Shown piece by piece: positions 38,622 through 48,462 of a stretch of 64,000 nucleotides of DNA. The DNA is taken from assembly GCA_037441705.1 (NCBI GenBank), contig JBBIRR010000002.1, positions 60,426 to 124,425 of the forward strand, given 5' to 3'. The position numbers and the translations under genes were made by a program. The DNA comes from Ignavibacteriales bacterium. Its GTDB lineage: Bacteria > Bacteroidota > Ignavibacteria > UBA10030 > UBA6906. Position 1 is the stretch's first letter; the number at the start of each line of letters is the position of its first letter. The notes under the pieces are model-generated. The model worked only from the letters and a program-made list of their open reading frames with translations. It did no database searches and was not told the origin of the DNA.

Positions 38622-39368
38622 TCAGAGAAACGTTATCAGTTTTCGATACCCTGCACGACTGACCCGCAAGCGCGTTCCGTCCTTGAGTATGACCACACGG
38701 CTGTCCTTTGCATACGGTTCGATCTTCGCCAGGCGCTCGACGTTGAGGATGTACGATCGGTGGATGCGAATGAACTTGCTTGCATCGAGTTGCTTCTCCA
38801 GCGCTGAGAGCGTTGTTTGTTTGAGATACCTCCGGCCTTCCGCTTTGATGGATACGTAGTCGTCCTGTGCTTCAATGTAGTCGATAGACGCCGCAGGAAT
38901 GATATGAACCTTCGCTCCGTCACGAATGAGGATACGGTCCAGAGGCGGGGCGGAGCGACGAACATCGTTTGCCAACTCGTCCAGTGATTTCTTCCTTGCC
39001 GAAGGTCGTGTGCGTCTCGCACGCTCAACCGCTTCATCAAATCTCTCCTGACTGAAGGGCTTGAGAAGATAGTCGATGGCGTGAACTTCAAATGCCTTTA
39101 CTGCAAACTCGTCGTGCGCTGTTGTGAACACGACAGCGACGTTTCTGTCAATCAACTCCAGCACCTCGAAGCCGTTGAGCTTGGGCATCTGAATGTCGAG
39201 GAAAAGCATGTCGGGTTCGAGTTCCGTGACGGTTTTGACGACTTCGAAACCGTTCGCGCATTCGGCAACAACCTCAATGTCCTGATGGCGACCGAGATAC
39301 TCCTGCACGATTTGCCTCGCGAGCGGCTCGTCGTCAACAACAACAGCCTTGAGTTTCACAGAAGGCAT
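38622..39368 (-). CDS. LytTR family response regulator
   Basis: VDDEPLAR, FLDIQMP, DYLLKP, F.RIHRSY. Confidence 0.95.
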   Translation of the reverse strand: MPSVKLKAVVVDDEPLARQIVQEYLGRHQDIEVVAECANGFEVVKTVTELEPDMLFLDIQMPKLNGFEVLELIDRNVAVVFTTAHDEFAVKAFEVHAIDYLLKPFSQERFDEAVERARRTRPSARKKSLDELANDVRRSAPPLDRILIRDGAKVHIIPAASIDYIEAQDDYVSIKAEGRRYLKQTTLSALEKQLDASKFIRIHRSYILNVERLAKIEPYAKDSRVVILKDGTRLRVSRAGYRKLITFL

Positions 39369-39424
39369 GTCAGAGCGTCACAAGTTGAACCTTGAATCCA
39401 TAATCCAACATCCCCCATCTTCAC

Positions 39425-40486
39425 TCAACTCCCGATCCGCATGGGAACCGTTAGTGCGATGCTAAAATCCTTCGGTCGGTTTTCGATCACCATCCTTGCA
39501 TCATTGCCGTAGAGACGTTCCAGACGGTTCCGCACATTTGCCAGACCGACGCCCGTACTGGTGCTTCGAGGTCGGTCGCTCTCACACGGATTGGAAACCT
39601 GTATGACGACCGCGTGCCCGTTGCGTCGCGCTTCCAACCTGATGGTTCCTCCGCCGACAAGATGCGCGATGCCGTGATTGACGGCGTTCTCCACAATTGG
39701 TTGGAGCAGAAGCGATGGGACTAAGACATTCTCACACTCTTTCTCAAGTGCAGCCGAGAAGGAGAGCCGCGAGGCGAACCGTACCTGCTCGATGGAAAGA
39801 TAGAACTCGGCGAGACGGAACTCTTCCTTCAGCGGGATAAGCTGCTGTTGTCCCACCGTCAGTGTCGTGCGCAAGAACTCCGCGAGGCGAACCGCCATTG
39901 CCCGTGCCGCCGCTGGATCGGTGGCGGTGAGGGCGCTGATGGAGTTCAGGCTGTTGAACAGGAAGTGCGGCTGGATTTGCGAGCGCAGCGCTTTCAGTTC
40001 GGCGTCTCGTGCAAGCACCTGCAATTCCAGCGCGCGACGCTCCGCAGCGCGCGCAGCGTCGAAGGTCATCAGCAGGTAGTGCACGACAATGCTGAGGAGA
40101 AAAAGCAGAGTCCCCACGCCTAACAACAACGGTACGGCGCTGTCATAGCGTTGATCGAGTTCAGCGAAGTCGAGTGCCCGCGTCAAAACGACGGCGATCG
40201 CTTTTCCCATCACCGCCCAGAGTGATGATGTGAGGACGGCCGCAAGCATGAGGGACGGGACGAGCTTGTAGAGCAGCGTGTGCTGCAGGGGGAAGGCACG
40301 ACACACATAAAGCGCCGCCAGCGACATCAGCGCGTACACGAGCGACATCGGGAGGAGCAGGGCGACCGTCTCGGTCCAAGTCAGCGCGCTCATCGCAGCG
40401 AACAACACACACAACAGCCCGGCGATCATCAGCCAGGCTGCTATGTACAGGAGGAAGCGTTCACGTTTTGTGAAGATCGGATGCAT
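39425..40486 (-). CDS. LytS-type membrane sensor histidine kinase
   Basis: L.SQIQPHFLFNSLN, LQPIVENA..HG, G.GL.N. Confidence 0.93.
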   Translation of the reverse strand: MHPIFTKRERFLLYIAAWLMIAGLLCVLFAAMSALTWTETVALLLPMSLVYALMSLAALYVCRAFPLQHTLLYKLVPSLMLAAVLTSSLWAVMGKAIAVVLTRALDFAELDQRYDSAVPLLLGVGTLLFLLSIVVHYLLMTFDAARAAERRALELQVLARDAELKALRSQIQPHFLFNSLNSISALTATDPAAARAMAVRLAEFLRTTLTVGQQQLIPLKEEFRLAEFYLSIEQVRFASRLSFSAALEKECENVLVPSLLLQPIVENAVNHGIAHLVGGGTIRLEARRNGHAVVIQVSNPCESDRPRSTSTGVGLANVRNRLERLYGNDARMVIENRPKDFSIALTVPMRIGS

Positions 40487-40525
40487 CCGGATAGAGATAG
40501 GAGCACGTGCTCGCCGCGGAACAGG

Positions 40526-40915
40526 TCATGCAAGATGGTTCCGGATTGATTCAAAGAGGCTGCTCACGTCACGAAGAAGTTCCCTGATCTCTGCCTCTGT
40601 TAGCTCTGATTCTGTTACCAAAGGATATCGTTCAAGTAAGTACAGTCCCAAAGTTTTCTGCAGAATTAAACCATGTTGCTCCAGGGTCTTGTCGAAGGCA
40701 AGGGCTTCATTTAAGAGCGCCTCCAGGTCATGAACTCTGCGGAGAATCCAGCCCTTGGACAGAAGAAAAGCCTTCAAGAACTTCTCTGTTGCCTGTTGGA
40801 GGTAGAACCCGGCGGCTTCCGGGTCATGGAGGTCAAGGAGCTTCTGAACACGTTCAACGTCTCTCTCAGCAATCCGCAGCCAATCTGAAGGATAGTGAGA
40901 ATCACTGTGCTTCAT
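40526..40915 (-). CDS. HEPN domain protein
   Basis: W...A..D, FYLQQA.EK.LKA, HDL, RYP. Confidence 0.88.
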   Translation of the reverse strand: MKHSDSHYPSDWLRIAERDVERVQKLLDLHDPEAAGFYLQQATEKFLKAFLLSKGWILRRVHDLEALLNEALAFDKTLEQHGLILQKTLGLYLLERYPLVTESELTEAEIRELLRDVSSLFESIRNHLA

Positions 40916-41234
40916 GGAGCACGCGTCCGTGTTCTAGAATCTGTTTGAGGAACTGGTCACCCCTTGCCAGACGCCCACGGACTTCACGGCTGTTCAAAAC
41001 AATCGTGTCCAATCCAAACTGCCGTCGAGAGTCCGAAAGAATCCGACGGACGGTGGTCCAGCGATCAATGAAGCGATCATCGGTTTCTTTGACAATGAAG
41101 AGATCAACATCACTGTTCTCGTCATCCGAGTTGTCCGCAGAAGACCCAAAGAGGATGATCTTGTCAGGTTTGTACTCGGCGCAGAGGCGCTTGACTATTT
41201 CTTCAATGGTTCGTTCTCGTTCAGTCATAGCCAC
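40902..41234 (-). CDS. MNT nucleotidyltransferase domain protein
   Basis: IILFGS.A......SDVDLFIV...G.VL. Confidence 0.9.
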   Translation of the reverse strand: MAMTERERTIEEIVKRLCAEYKPDKIILFGSSADNSDDENSDVDLFIVKETDDRFIDRWTTVRRILSDSRRQFGLDTIVLNSREVRGRLARGDQFLKQILEHGRVLHEAQ

Positions 41235-41300
41235 GGATTGTACCTCCGTGAATGAATATACACAAAAGACAATGATAGTGCCACGAGGGTTTCTTGGTTC

Positions 41301-42011
41301 CTAGTTCGTCACCTCCACGCCCCCCATGATGATGGTGCCGCGAATGATCAACCGCTGCTTCTCGTCAGCCGTCTGCTTGAACGTCTTGTCGTCAAAGCCG
41401 CCGAGAATGGGGGTTCCCTCGAAGATGACCGTCCAGGTATTGGGAACTTTGATCTCGATGCCGCCCCAGAAGGCGAAGACATCAAGCACTGCCGGACTCT
41501 TGGCGATGGCTGAGTTGCGTAGATCAATGTCGCAGCCGCCCATCACCGCCGTCAACTCGCCGCCGCGGAAATCGTGCGTGTGCACGTTGCGCCGCGTGCC
41601 GCCGAGGAAGGCAGCCGCGTTAACGACCGAGCTTCGCTCTGCTTCGGCGGCTTCCCCCGAGGTGCGTCCGATGTTCCGTCGCGATCCGGCGCGCATCAGC
41701 ATGGTCACCCCAAGAGCTACCAACAACAACGGCCAGAAGTCCCACAACCGGAAATCGAGAACGTCAAGCTTATCCAACAGCAGCCCGGCGCCGACGAACG
41801 TGATGACGATGCCCCAGAACCGGCCGCCGCGGGTCTCGGGCTGAAGAACCTTCGCCAGACCGTACACGATCAGCAGCACAGGCCAGTAACGCAGGTATTG
41901 CCGTGCGTCGATCATGTCGAGATTGTCCAGCGTAAACAAGACGCCGACGATCACAATGAGCAGCCCGAGGACAAACTGGGGCGAAAGGCGAAACGTTGTT
42001 TTCTCGTTCAT
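41301..42011 (-). CDS. LiaF-like membrane protein (DUF5668 TM plus C-terminal beta domain)
   Basis: Repeated WP.LL..G TM hairpins; GG....DLR, FWGGIEI.VP, IMGGVEV. Confidence 0.85.
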   Translation of the reverse strand: MNEKTTFRLSPQFVLGLLIVIVGVLFTLDNLDMIDARQYLRYWPVLLIVYGLAKVLQPETRGGRFWGIVITFVGAGLLLDKLDVLDFRLWDFWPLLLVALGVTMLMRAGSRRNIGRTSGEAAEAERSSVVNAAAFLGGTRRNVHTHDFRGGELTAVMGGCDIDLRNSAIAKSPAVLDVFAFWGGIEIKVPNTWTVIFEGTPILGGFDDKTFKQTADEKQRLIIRGTIIMGGVEVTN

Positions 42012-42022
42012 GGGTAGTGCTC

Positions 42023-42415
42023 CTATGTGTTTTCCGTTGAGTGTGGAGTGATAACGCTGCGGGTTTCTTCTATGCGCCGTCGCCTTGCATCATGCTCAGC
42101 CGATTGCCAGATAAGAAAGATGCCGAATGTAACAAGAACCGCAGGCCAGGTGTCGCCGAATGTCAGTCCTCCGACCTGCAGTATTGAAGCCTGAAGCCAC
42201 AGGCCCAACGCCAGCAACCAAAACCCCTCTGCGCGCCGATATGGCTCGAGCAGTCTGCTGATGCCGCCGGCGATAATCAGAAGCGGAAAGAACTTCCAAA
42301 GAGAGAAATGCGCAATGATGCCGATGTTCATCAGAAGCAGAAGCACTCCGGCAAGGACCAGAATGCCGCCGATGAGATATCGTCGGGAAAAGTACCGCTG
42401 TGGTGCAAGTTCCAT
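42023..42415 (-). CDS. LiaI/LiaF-like TM (DUF5668) protein
   Basis: G..LV..G..LL, FPLL, WP..L..G..L; GGAGG RBS. Confidence 0.8.
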   Translation of the reverse strand: MELAPQRYFSRRYLIGGILVLAGVLLLLMNIGIIAHFSLWKFFPLLIIAGGISRLLEPYRRAEGFWLLALGLWLQASILQVGGLTFGDTWPAVLVTFGIFLIWQSAEHDARRRRIEETRSVITPHSTENT

Positions 42416-42477
42416 GAGACCTCCGTAGTGTTGCCGGATCAATATACGTTGTCTCTGGTGCACGGGTTATACCGTTT

Positions 42478-42509
42478 TCGGCGAACGGTGGTGTCCTGTC
42501 GGTGAATGA
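42478..42509 (-). promoter_or_regulatory. Putative LytTR-binding direct repeats
   Basis: Minus strand TCATTCACCGA and CCGTTCGCCGA with 21-bp periodicity, upstream of a TATATT -10 at 42441-42446. Confidence 0.6.
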
Positions 42510-42655
42510 CGAGGGTGAGCCTCCGATCGTCGGAAGGAGGCTCAGAATGACGTAGTACCACTTTTTGGTCAGCCTCAAAGGAAGAAGACGGAAGTACCTT
42601 GCCTTTTCGCGCCGAAGGTTGTATGTTGCCACGTCAGTTTCTTGAAGAGAACACG

Positions 42656-43048
42656 ATGGAACTAATGCGACCGCCGTTACGGCTTTGTCTGGTGCGTGCG
42701 CTGCGGTCTCGATGTCCGAGATGCGGCGAGGGGCGAATCTACGTGCGGTGGAATCAGTTGCACACGGCATGCGCGTCGTGCGGCTGTGCGTTGCAGCGCA
42801 GAGAACAGGATGGCTGGTTCTTCATTTACATGACAACTGCAGGCCTGACCGGCGTGATCATCGTCTTCATGCTGCTGGTGGATGTGCCGTCGGTGACGCT
42901 CGGGCAAGCAGGTGTTCTTGCTGTCTGGTTCGTCCTCATCGTGCTCACGCTTCCGCTGCGCAAGGCGGTTGCGATCTCTCTTGATTACTATTTCGAACGC
43001 CGTCGGGCTGAAGCTACATCAATCCCACCGGATCAATATCTACGATGA
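42656..43048 (+). CDS. DUF983-family zinc-ribbon membrane protein
   Basis: RCPRCGEG....C..CG plus two TM segments. Confidence 0.8.
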   Translation: MELMRPPLRLCLVRALRSRCPRCGEGRIYVRWNQLHTACASCGCALQRREQDGWFFIYMTTAGLTGVIIVFMLLVDVPSVTLGQAGVLAVWFVLIVLTLPLRKAVAISLDYYFERRRAEATSIPPDQYLR

Positions 43049-45542
43049 GGCGTACGTTGGAGGCGTTCCTTCCTGACTCTGCGAGTGCACGACGGATGGC
43101 AGCACGGACTTCTGCTCCTGTCGCATCCTTAGCTTTGGGGCTTTTCACGACGATATGCCAGCGATACTGATTTTTGATTTTGCTGATGACGGCAGGAGCC
43201 GGCCCGAGTAAGGTTGCTGCACGGAGGCCGGTGCGGAGCAATCGGGCGTAGCGCTCGGCCTCACCCTGCACGCGCTCTTCATTCCTCCCTTTGAATTCGA
43301 TGAGTGCAAGGCGTGAGTACGGAGGGTAGTCGAGTTCCTGGCGTTCGAGCAATTCCTCCTCCATGAACTGCACATAGTTGTGGTCAACAACGTGTCGGAG
43401 GGTGCGGCTCTTGGGCTGATGACTCTGGATGATGACCTCACCTTTCAACGTGCTTCGTCCTGCGCGTCCGGCAACTTGCGTCAGAAGCTGAAATGTTCGC
43501 TCGGAGGCGCGAAAGTCGGGCAGCAGCATCTGGATATCGGCGGAGATGACGCCGACAAGAGTGACGCGCGGGAAATCCAGTCCCTTGGCAACCATCTGCG
43601 TTCCGAGGAGGATGTCGGCTTCGCCATCGGCAAATGTCTTGAGGAGTCGCTCATGGGAGCCTTTGCGTGCGGTGGTGTCAAGATCCATCCGCAGAACACG
43701 CGCCGAAGGGTAGAGTGCCTTCAGCTCTTGCTCAACGCGCTGCGTACCGGCGCCGCGTTCTTGCAAAGCGCTTCCGCTGCAGTTGGGGCACACGACGGGC
43801 GGCTTCTGCGTCAGCCCGCAGTAGTGACAGCGAAGATGCTTGCGCGGGAGGTGGTAGGTAAGGGTGACGTTGCACCTCGGGCATTGCAGGCTGTGGCCGC
43901 ACTCCATACACTCGATGAACGGCGCGAAGCCCCGTCGGTTTTGCAGAAGGATAATGCCTTCTTTCTTCTCTAACCGATCACGAATTTTTTCGCGCAGCAG
44001 CGCCGAGAAGGATGATTGTTGGAACTCCCGCAATTTCATCTTCTGCGTGTCGGGCAGTGCCGCTTTCGTTTCCTGATACTCGCGCTTGCGCTCCTCGATC
44101 ATGTCCACGACGGTTATTTCGGGCATGGCGACCTGCTCGATGCGCGTCGGCATTTCCAGCAGCCGGTACTTGCCGGCCTTGACATTGAAGTACGACTCTG
44201 CCGACGGCGTTGCCGAGCCGAGAACAACAACCGCCTTGGTGAGGTGGCCGCGCATCACGGCCACATCGCGCGCATGATAGCGCGGCACGGCATCGAATTG
44301 CTTGTAAGACGGTTCGTGCTCTTCATCGACAACAATCAGGCCGAGATGCAGAAGGGGGGCAAAGACTGCCGAACGCGGGCCGATAACGACGCGGTAGGTT
44401 CCCGCGCGCGCGCCGTTCCAGACCCGCTGCCGCTCCGTCGGCGGCATGCTGCTGTGCACGACGGCGACATCATCACCGAAGTGGCTCTTGAATCTGCGTG
44501 CGATTTGCGGCGTGAGGGAAATTTCCGGCACAAGCACCAGCGCACTCTTGCCCAGACGCAGACACGCCCGAATCGCTTCGATGTACACCTGTGTCTTCCC
44601 GCTGCCGGTAACGCCGTGAAGCAAGAACACAGGCGCAGTTCCTTCCGTCATAGCTTGCGTCACCGCCTCCAGCACACGTTGCTGTACCGGGTTCAGTGTG
44701 ATGCCCAGCGTTTGTTCTTCGGTTCCGTACTGTTGTTGCGGCGGAATTTCCCGCTTCTCGATCACGAGCAGGCCGGATGTTCTGTACTCTTTCACAGTCG
44801 CATTCGACACGCCCGATGTCTTAAGCAAATCTCGAAGAGACAACTCACTGATTCCTTCTTCTCGAAGCGAGAGCAGTGTTTGAAGGAGCTGCCGTGCCTT
44901 CTTCCTTCTCGCGCTCAGCGTTTCAAGCTCTCGCTCGAGTCTCTCCGCGTCGAGCCTCGAGAGGAGGACAAAGTCGGCAGTCGGCAGCTTGACCTTCCGT
45001 CGTGGAAGGAGCTCTTGCGTTTCGATGAGGCCGGTGTTTGCCAGTTCGTTCAACACGGCGTAAATGTTCTTCAGCCCCGTCCGCCGTTGCAGATCGGAAG
45101 ACGTGAGAGTCCCGTGCTGCATCAGCAAGTCCAAGAGTTTTGCGCGCTGCTTGGACGCCCGGCGTGCTGCAGCTACAGCCTCGGGCGTTGCCGTCGGTGC
45201 AATCCGCACGCTGCGCTTTGTGGACAGGGCGAGGCCATGAGGCAGCGCGACCTTGACAACTTCTCCTAACGGGGCGATGTAGTAGTCCGCGATCCATCGG
45301 CAAAGATGCAACAGCTCCTCAGACACAACAGGCGAAGGATCAAGCACGTCCCTGATCGGCTTGAGTGCTGATAGAGAAGTTGATGGAGGATGTTCAACGA
45401 TGAGACCGGTTGCGTACTTTGTGCCGAAGGGAACCAGCACACGTACACCGACCAATGCGGAGCTTTCAAGTTCCGGCGGAATCAAGTAGGTAAAGGTCGA
45501 GTCAACCGCAACGGGCAGCGCAACATTGGCGAGCTTGTGCAT
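43014..45542 (-). CDS. priA: Primosomal protein N'
   Basis: HGVTGSGKT, LVPEISLTPQ, DEEH, four CxxC motifs, GTQMVAKG.DF, QVAGRAGR. Confidence 0.97.
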   Translation of the reverse strand: MHKLANVALPVAVDSTFTYLIPPELESSALVGVRVLVPFGTKYATGLIVEHPPSTSLSALKPIRDVLDPSPVVSEELLHLCRWIADYYIAPLGEVVKVALPHGLALSTKRSVRIAPTATPEAVAAARRASKQRAKLLDLLMQHGTLTSSDLQRRTGLKNIYAVLNELANTGLIETQELLPRRKVKLPTADFVLLSRLDAERLERELETLSARRKKARQLLQTLLSLREEGISELSLRDLLKTSGVSNATVKEYRTSGLLVIEKREIPPQQQYGTEEQTLGITLNPVQQRVLEAVTQAMTEGTAPVFLLHGVTGSGKTQVYIEAIRACLRLGKSALVLVPEISLTPQIARRFKSHFGDDVAVVHSSMPPTERQRVWNGARAGTYRVVIGPRSAVFAPLLHLGLIVVDEEHEPSYKQFDAVPRYHARDVAVMRGHLTKAVVVLGSATPSAESYFNVKAGKYRLLEMPTRIEQVAMPEITVVDMIEERKREYQETKAALPDTQKMKLREFQQSSFSALLREKIRDRLEKKEGIILLQNRRGFAPFIECMECGHSLQCPRCNVTLTYHLPRKHLRCHYCGLTQKPPVVCPNCSGSALQERGAGTQRVEQELKALYPSARVLRMDLDTTARKGSHERLLKTFADGEADILLGTQMVAKGLDFPRVTLVGVISADIQMLLPDFRASERTFQLLTQVAGRAGRSTLKGEVIIQSHQPKSRTLRHVVDHNYVQFMEEELLERQELDYPPYSRLALIEFKGRNEERVQGEAERYARLLRTGLRAATLLGPAPAVISKIKNQYRWHIVVKSPKAKDATGAEVRAAIRRALAESGRNASNVRLIVDIDPVGLM

Positions 45543-45604
45543 GAGGGAATATGACCAAAACCCATCTAACCGGCAAGACGGCCCCGGAGTTGAAGACGCG
45601 TTCG

Positions 45605-45865
45605 TCACTTCCTATCAACATGCGGCGGCTTGAACCCGCGATAGGTATCGAACCGTGAATCGTAAAACACGATGTTGAAATCGCTATCGCGCAGCGTGCC
45701 GCCGGAAGGATAGAGGTAAAACTCCGACACGGTGCCGGTAACTCTGTTGACGGGCTTGCCGTCTTCCGTGTAGAACCTCAGGGTGTAATACCCAAGCGTG
45801 AACGGAGCAGTCTTGAGCTGCTCGAAAATGTTCTCGTCGTTGAAGCGGAAGATATCGTTCGACAC
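45605..45865 (-). CDS. Small hypothetical protein
   Basis: 86 aa ORF with GAGG RBS and coding-like composition (FYLYPSGGTLRD..FNIVFYDSRFD). Confidence 0.65.
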   Translation of the reverse strand: MSNDIFRFNDENIFEQLKTAPFTLGYYTLRFYTEDGKPVNRVTGTVSEFYLYPSGGTLRDSDFNIVFYDSRFDTYRGFKPPHVDRK

Positions 45866-45954
45866 GGCTATACCTCATCAATCCACCAATCCAATAATTC
45901 AACAATCCTGTTGTGCATGAGGCGGAATGGTGGATTGCTGGATTCTTGTTCTTC

Positions 45955-46716
45955 TTATCTCCGATGAACCATGGTTACGCTTGCCTGGTCGGTCGGCGTC
46001 AACTGCAGCTCGCTGATGTTCACATGCGGCGGCCGGGTCGCGCAAAACACGACCGCTTCGGCAACATCATGCGGGGTCAGGGGCGTCATGCCCTGATACG
46101 TTTTCGCTGCGCGCTCCGCATCTCCGCGGAATCTCACCTTGCTGAACTCGGTTTCCACCAAACCGGGCTCGACGCTGGTCACACGCACGGCTGTTCCCAA
46201 CACATCCATGCGAAGACTGCGGGTAAGCCCCACAACGAAAAACTTCGTGGCGCTATACACATTGCCCATTGGATAGGTTTGATGTCCCGCAATCGAGCCG
46301 ATGTTGATGACGTGACCTCTGTTTCGCTCGATCATGCCGGGCAGCACCGCTCGCGTCACGTACAACAAACCTTTGATGTTGGTATCAATCATTTCTTCCC
46401 AATCGTCCACGCTTCCCTCGTGGAGTTTTGCAAGCCCACGAGCAAGGCCGGCGTTGTTCACGAGGACGTCGATCTGCTTCCACGCATCGGGAAGAGATCT
46501 GAAAACGGCCTCGACATCGCCGCGGCGACGGACGTCAAGTGTGATCGTGTGTGTTCGGATATTGTGGGCTGCTTGAAGGCGCTGTGCCAGGTTGTCGATC
46601 CGTTCTTTGCGTCGTGCAATCAGCAGCAGGGAGGCGCCGAGCTTGGCGAACTCCTCTGCGCAGGCGGCGCCGATGCCGCTCGATGCCCCGGTAATGCAAA
46701 CGATGCTCTGTGTCAT
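45955..46716 (-). CDS. SDR oxidoreductase (YdfG-like)
   Basis: TGASSGIG, NNAG, YSATK, PG.VETEFS.VRF. Confidence 0.93.
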   Translation of the reverse strand: MTQSIVCITGASSGIGAACAEEFAKLGASLLLIARRKERIDNLAQRLQAAHNIRTHTITLDVRRRGDVEAVFRSLPDAWKQIDVLVNNAGLARGLAKLHEGSVDDWEEMIDTNIKGLLYVTRAVLPGMIERNRGHVINIGSIAGHQTYPMGNVYSATKFFVVGLTRSLRMDVLGTAVRVTSVEPGLVETEFSKVRFRGDAERAAKTYQGMTPLTPHDVAEAVVFCATRPPHVNISELQLTPTDQASVTMVHRR

Positions 46717-46747
46717 TTGTGTTCTCTGATTCAAGGTGAACATCATG

Positions 46748-48421
46748 CTAGAACAGCTTTTCAACCTCATCCCGAACGCCGAGGTATTCCCATCGCAGCA
46801 GGGCGATGGGCACATTACCGTTGAGCCAGATATAATTGTGGAGATCGCGAAGGCGAAAGCGATCGCCGAGCCGGGCTTTCGCGTCGGCGATGAGTTTGAG
46901 GATTTGTATCTTGCCGATCTGATACGTAATGGCCTGACCCGGGCCTGCCGCGAACCAGCCAGCTTCCTCCTGCGCGGTGTGTTCATCCATGGGAACCGTT
47001 CGTGCAAGATAGCGGCCGGCTTCTTCGATGGTAAACTCGCCGCAGGCCAGCTTCACATCAACCTCCACGCGCAGGGCTCGCAGCCGCATGAAACGATAGA
47101 TGACTTCACGCGTACGCGGCCGATCGTCGAACAGCCCATGCTGCAGCAGCATTTCTTCAGCGTAGAAACCGATGCCTTCGATGGGGCCGGAGTCAATGTA
47201 GTGCCGACGTACGACCCGCGGGTTCGTCCACGACAGCACAAGCTGGAAGTAGTGCCCCGGCACGCCTTCGTGGACGATGATCGGTCGAGGATCCTGCGCC
47301 ATCGAAAGCGCGAAAAACGGCAGGGCGGGAGACGGCTCGACGATATACTTGGTCGCATCCTGTCCGATGCGGCTGATGGAGGTCAGATCGTCCACGACGC
47401 CGAGCCAGCTCAGTGCGCGCAGATATGCAGGCATTGGCACGTTCTGATAATGTCCCATCCATTTGGGCACGTCCAGAATATCTTTCTCGACAAGGAACTG
47501 TCTGATGCGTTCTTCGTCGCTTCGCTGCTGCGCTATCTGTGCCTCGATCGACGGAAAGATTTCGAGCGGCGGCAATCCTCTGTTGCGCAGATGTTCGAAC
47601 TGTTCGAAGGCGACTGCGCGTTCCCACTCTTGCTGTCCCATCCTGAGGATCTCGTCGCTGTTATAGGGCATCAGTGCGATGAGTCGTAAATACCGATCGT
47701 AGGCTTCTTTGCCGATGGCGAAGGCTGTGCTCATCCGCGGAAGCTCCTTCTTCAGCCACTCTCGATACGCAACCAATTCATCCCGTGCCCTTGCTTCGGC
47801 GTCGGCGAATCGGCGGCGCAGCGGTTCGGGAAGCAGGCGGGCGAGGTCATTGGCGAAGGCGGGGAGTTGCGTTTCGATGGATGCCAGATTCCCAATTGCG
47901 TTCGATGCAAACGGAGCCACCGGCCGGTTCAGATTCGAGCGTGCATGCTGTAGTGTCCCCGGGATGGATTCGAGGCGGAGGACGATGTTGCGGGCGCGGC
48001 CCTCGGTAAACGGCGGCGGCTGCAGCAGCAGCTCATACACCGCGCCGAGTGTCTGCTGGACATAAAAATTCGGGTCGCGGCGGGGCAGCTGAAGGACATT
48101 GAGTTCGAAATCTACCCGCGCAATCGCCGATCGCAACAAAAGAAAATCAACGCTGTCACTCACGGTCCAGCCGGTGTGGTCAAGCTCCTGAAGCCGACGC
48201 ATGAATTGCTTCTGCTGTGCGTCGTAAGCCTGTAGCGCTGCAGGCGACCAATCCGGTATCCATCCATCGGGACGTTCGACGCGGTTGACGTCATCGTGCG
48301 TGGCCGGCTGCTGCGTTGCCCGCCATTGAAAGAACTCGTACGCAAGCAGGTGAAGGTCCGATGCGTGCGCACACTCGGTGGCGGAAAGAAGGAGTGCAAG
48401 CCAGACTATTCTGATTCGCAT
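46748..48421 (-). CDS. DUF885 family secreted protein
   Basis: Signal peptide, HEGVPGH, EG..FYAE, PGQA..Y..G, G..P. Confidence 0.85.
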   Translation of the reverse strand: MRIRIVWLALLLSATECAHASDLHLLAYEFFQWRATQQPATHDDVNRVERPDGWIPDWSPAALQAYDAQQKQFMRRLQELDHTGWTVSDSVDFLLLRSAIARVDFELNVLQLPRRDPNFYVQQTLGAVYELLLQPPPFTEGRARNIVLRLESIPGTLQHARSNLNRPVAPFASNAIGNLASIETQLPAFANDLARLLPEPLRRRFADAEARARDELVAYREWLKKELPRMSTAFAIGKEAYDRYLRLIALMPYNSDEILRMGQQEWERAVAFEQFEHLRNRGLPPLEIFPSIEAQIAQQRSDEERIRQFLVEKDILDVPKWMGHYQNVPMPAYLRALSWLGVVDDLTSISRIGQDATKYIVEPSPALPFFALSMAQDPRPIIVHEGVPGHYFQLVLSWTNPRVVRRHYIDSGPIEGIGFYAEEMLLQHGLFDDRPRTREVIYRFMRLRALRVEVDVKLACGEFTIEEAGRYLARTVPMDEHTAQEEAGWFAAGPGQAITYQIGKIQILKLIADAKARLGDRFRLRDLHNYIWLNGNVPIALLRWEYLGVRDEVEKLF

Positions 48422-48462
48422 GGCTATCGCTGTGGACGGGGAGACATCAGTTGTGAGACGAG

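Noticed and set aside
41268-41284. sigma54-like TGGCAC-N5-TTGT upstream of the MNT gene (minus strand)
   Set aside because: The -12 GC dinucleotide is not conserved; too weak to call.
43014-43048. 35-bp convergent overlap of DUF983 and priA
   Set aside because: Short 3' overlaps of convergent genes are common, and there is no further signal.
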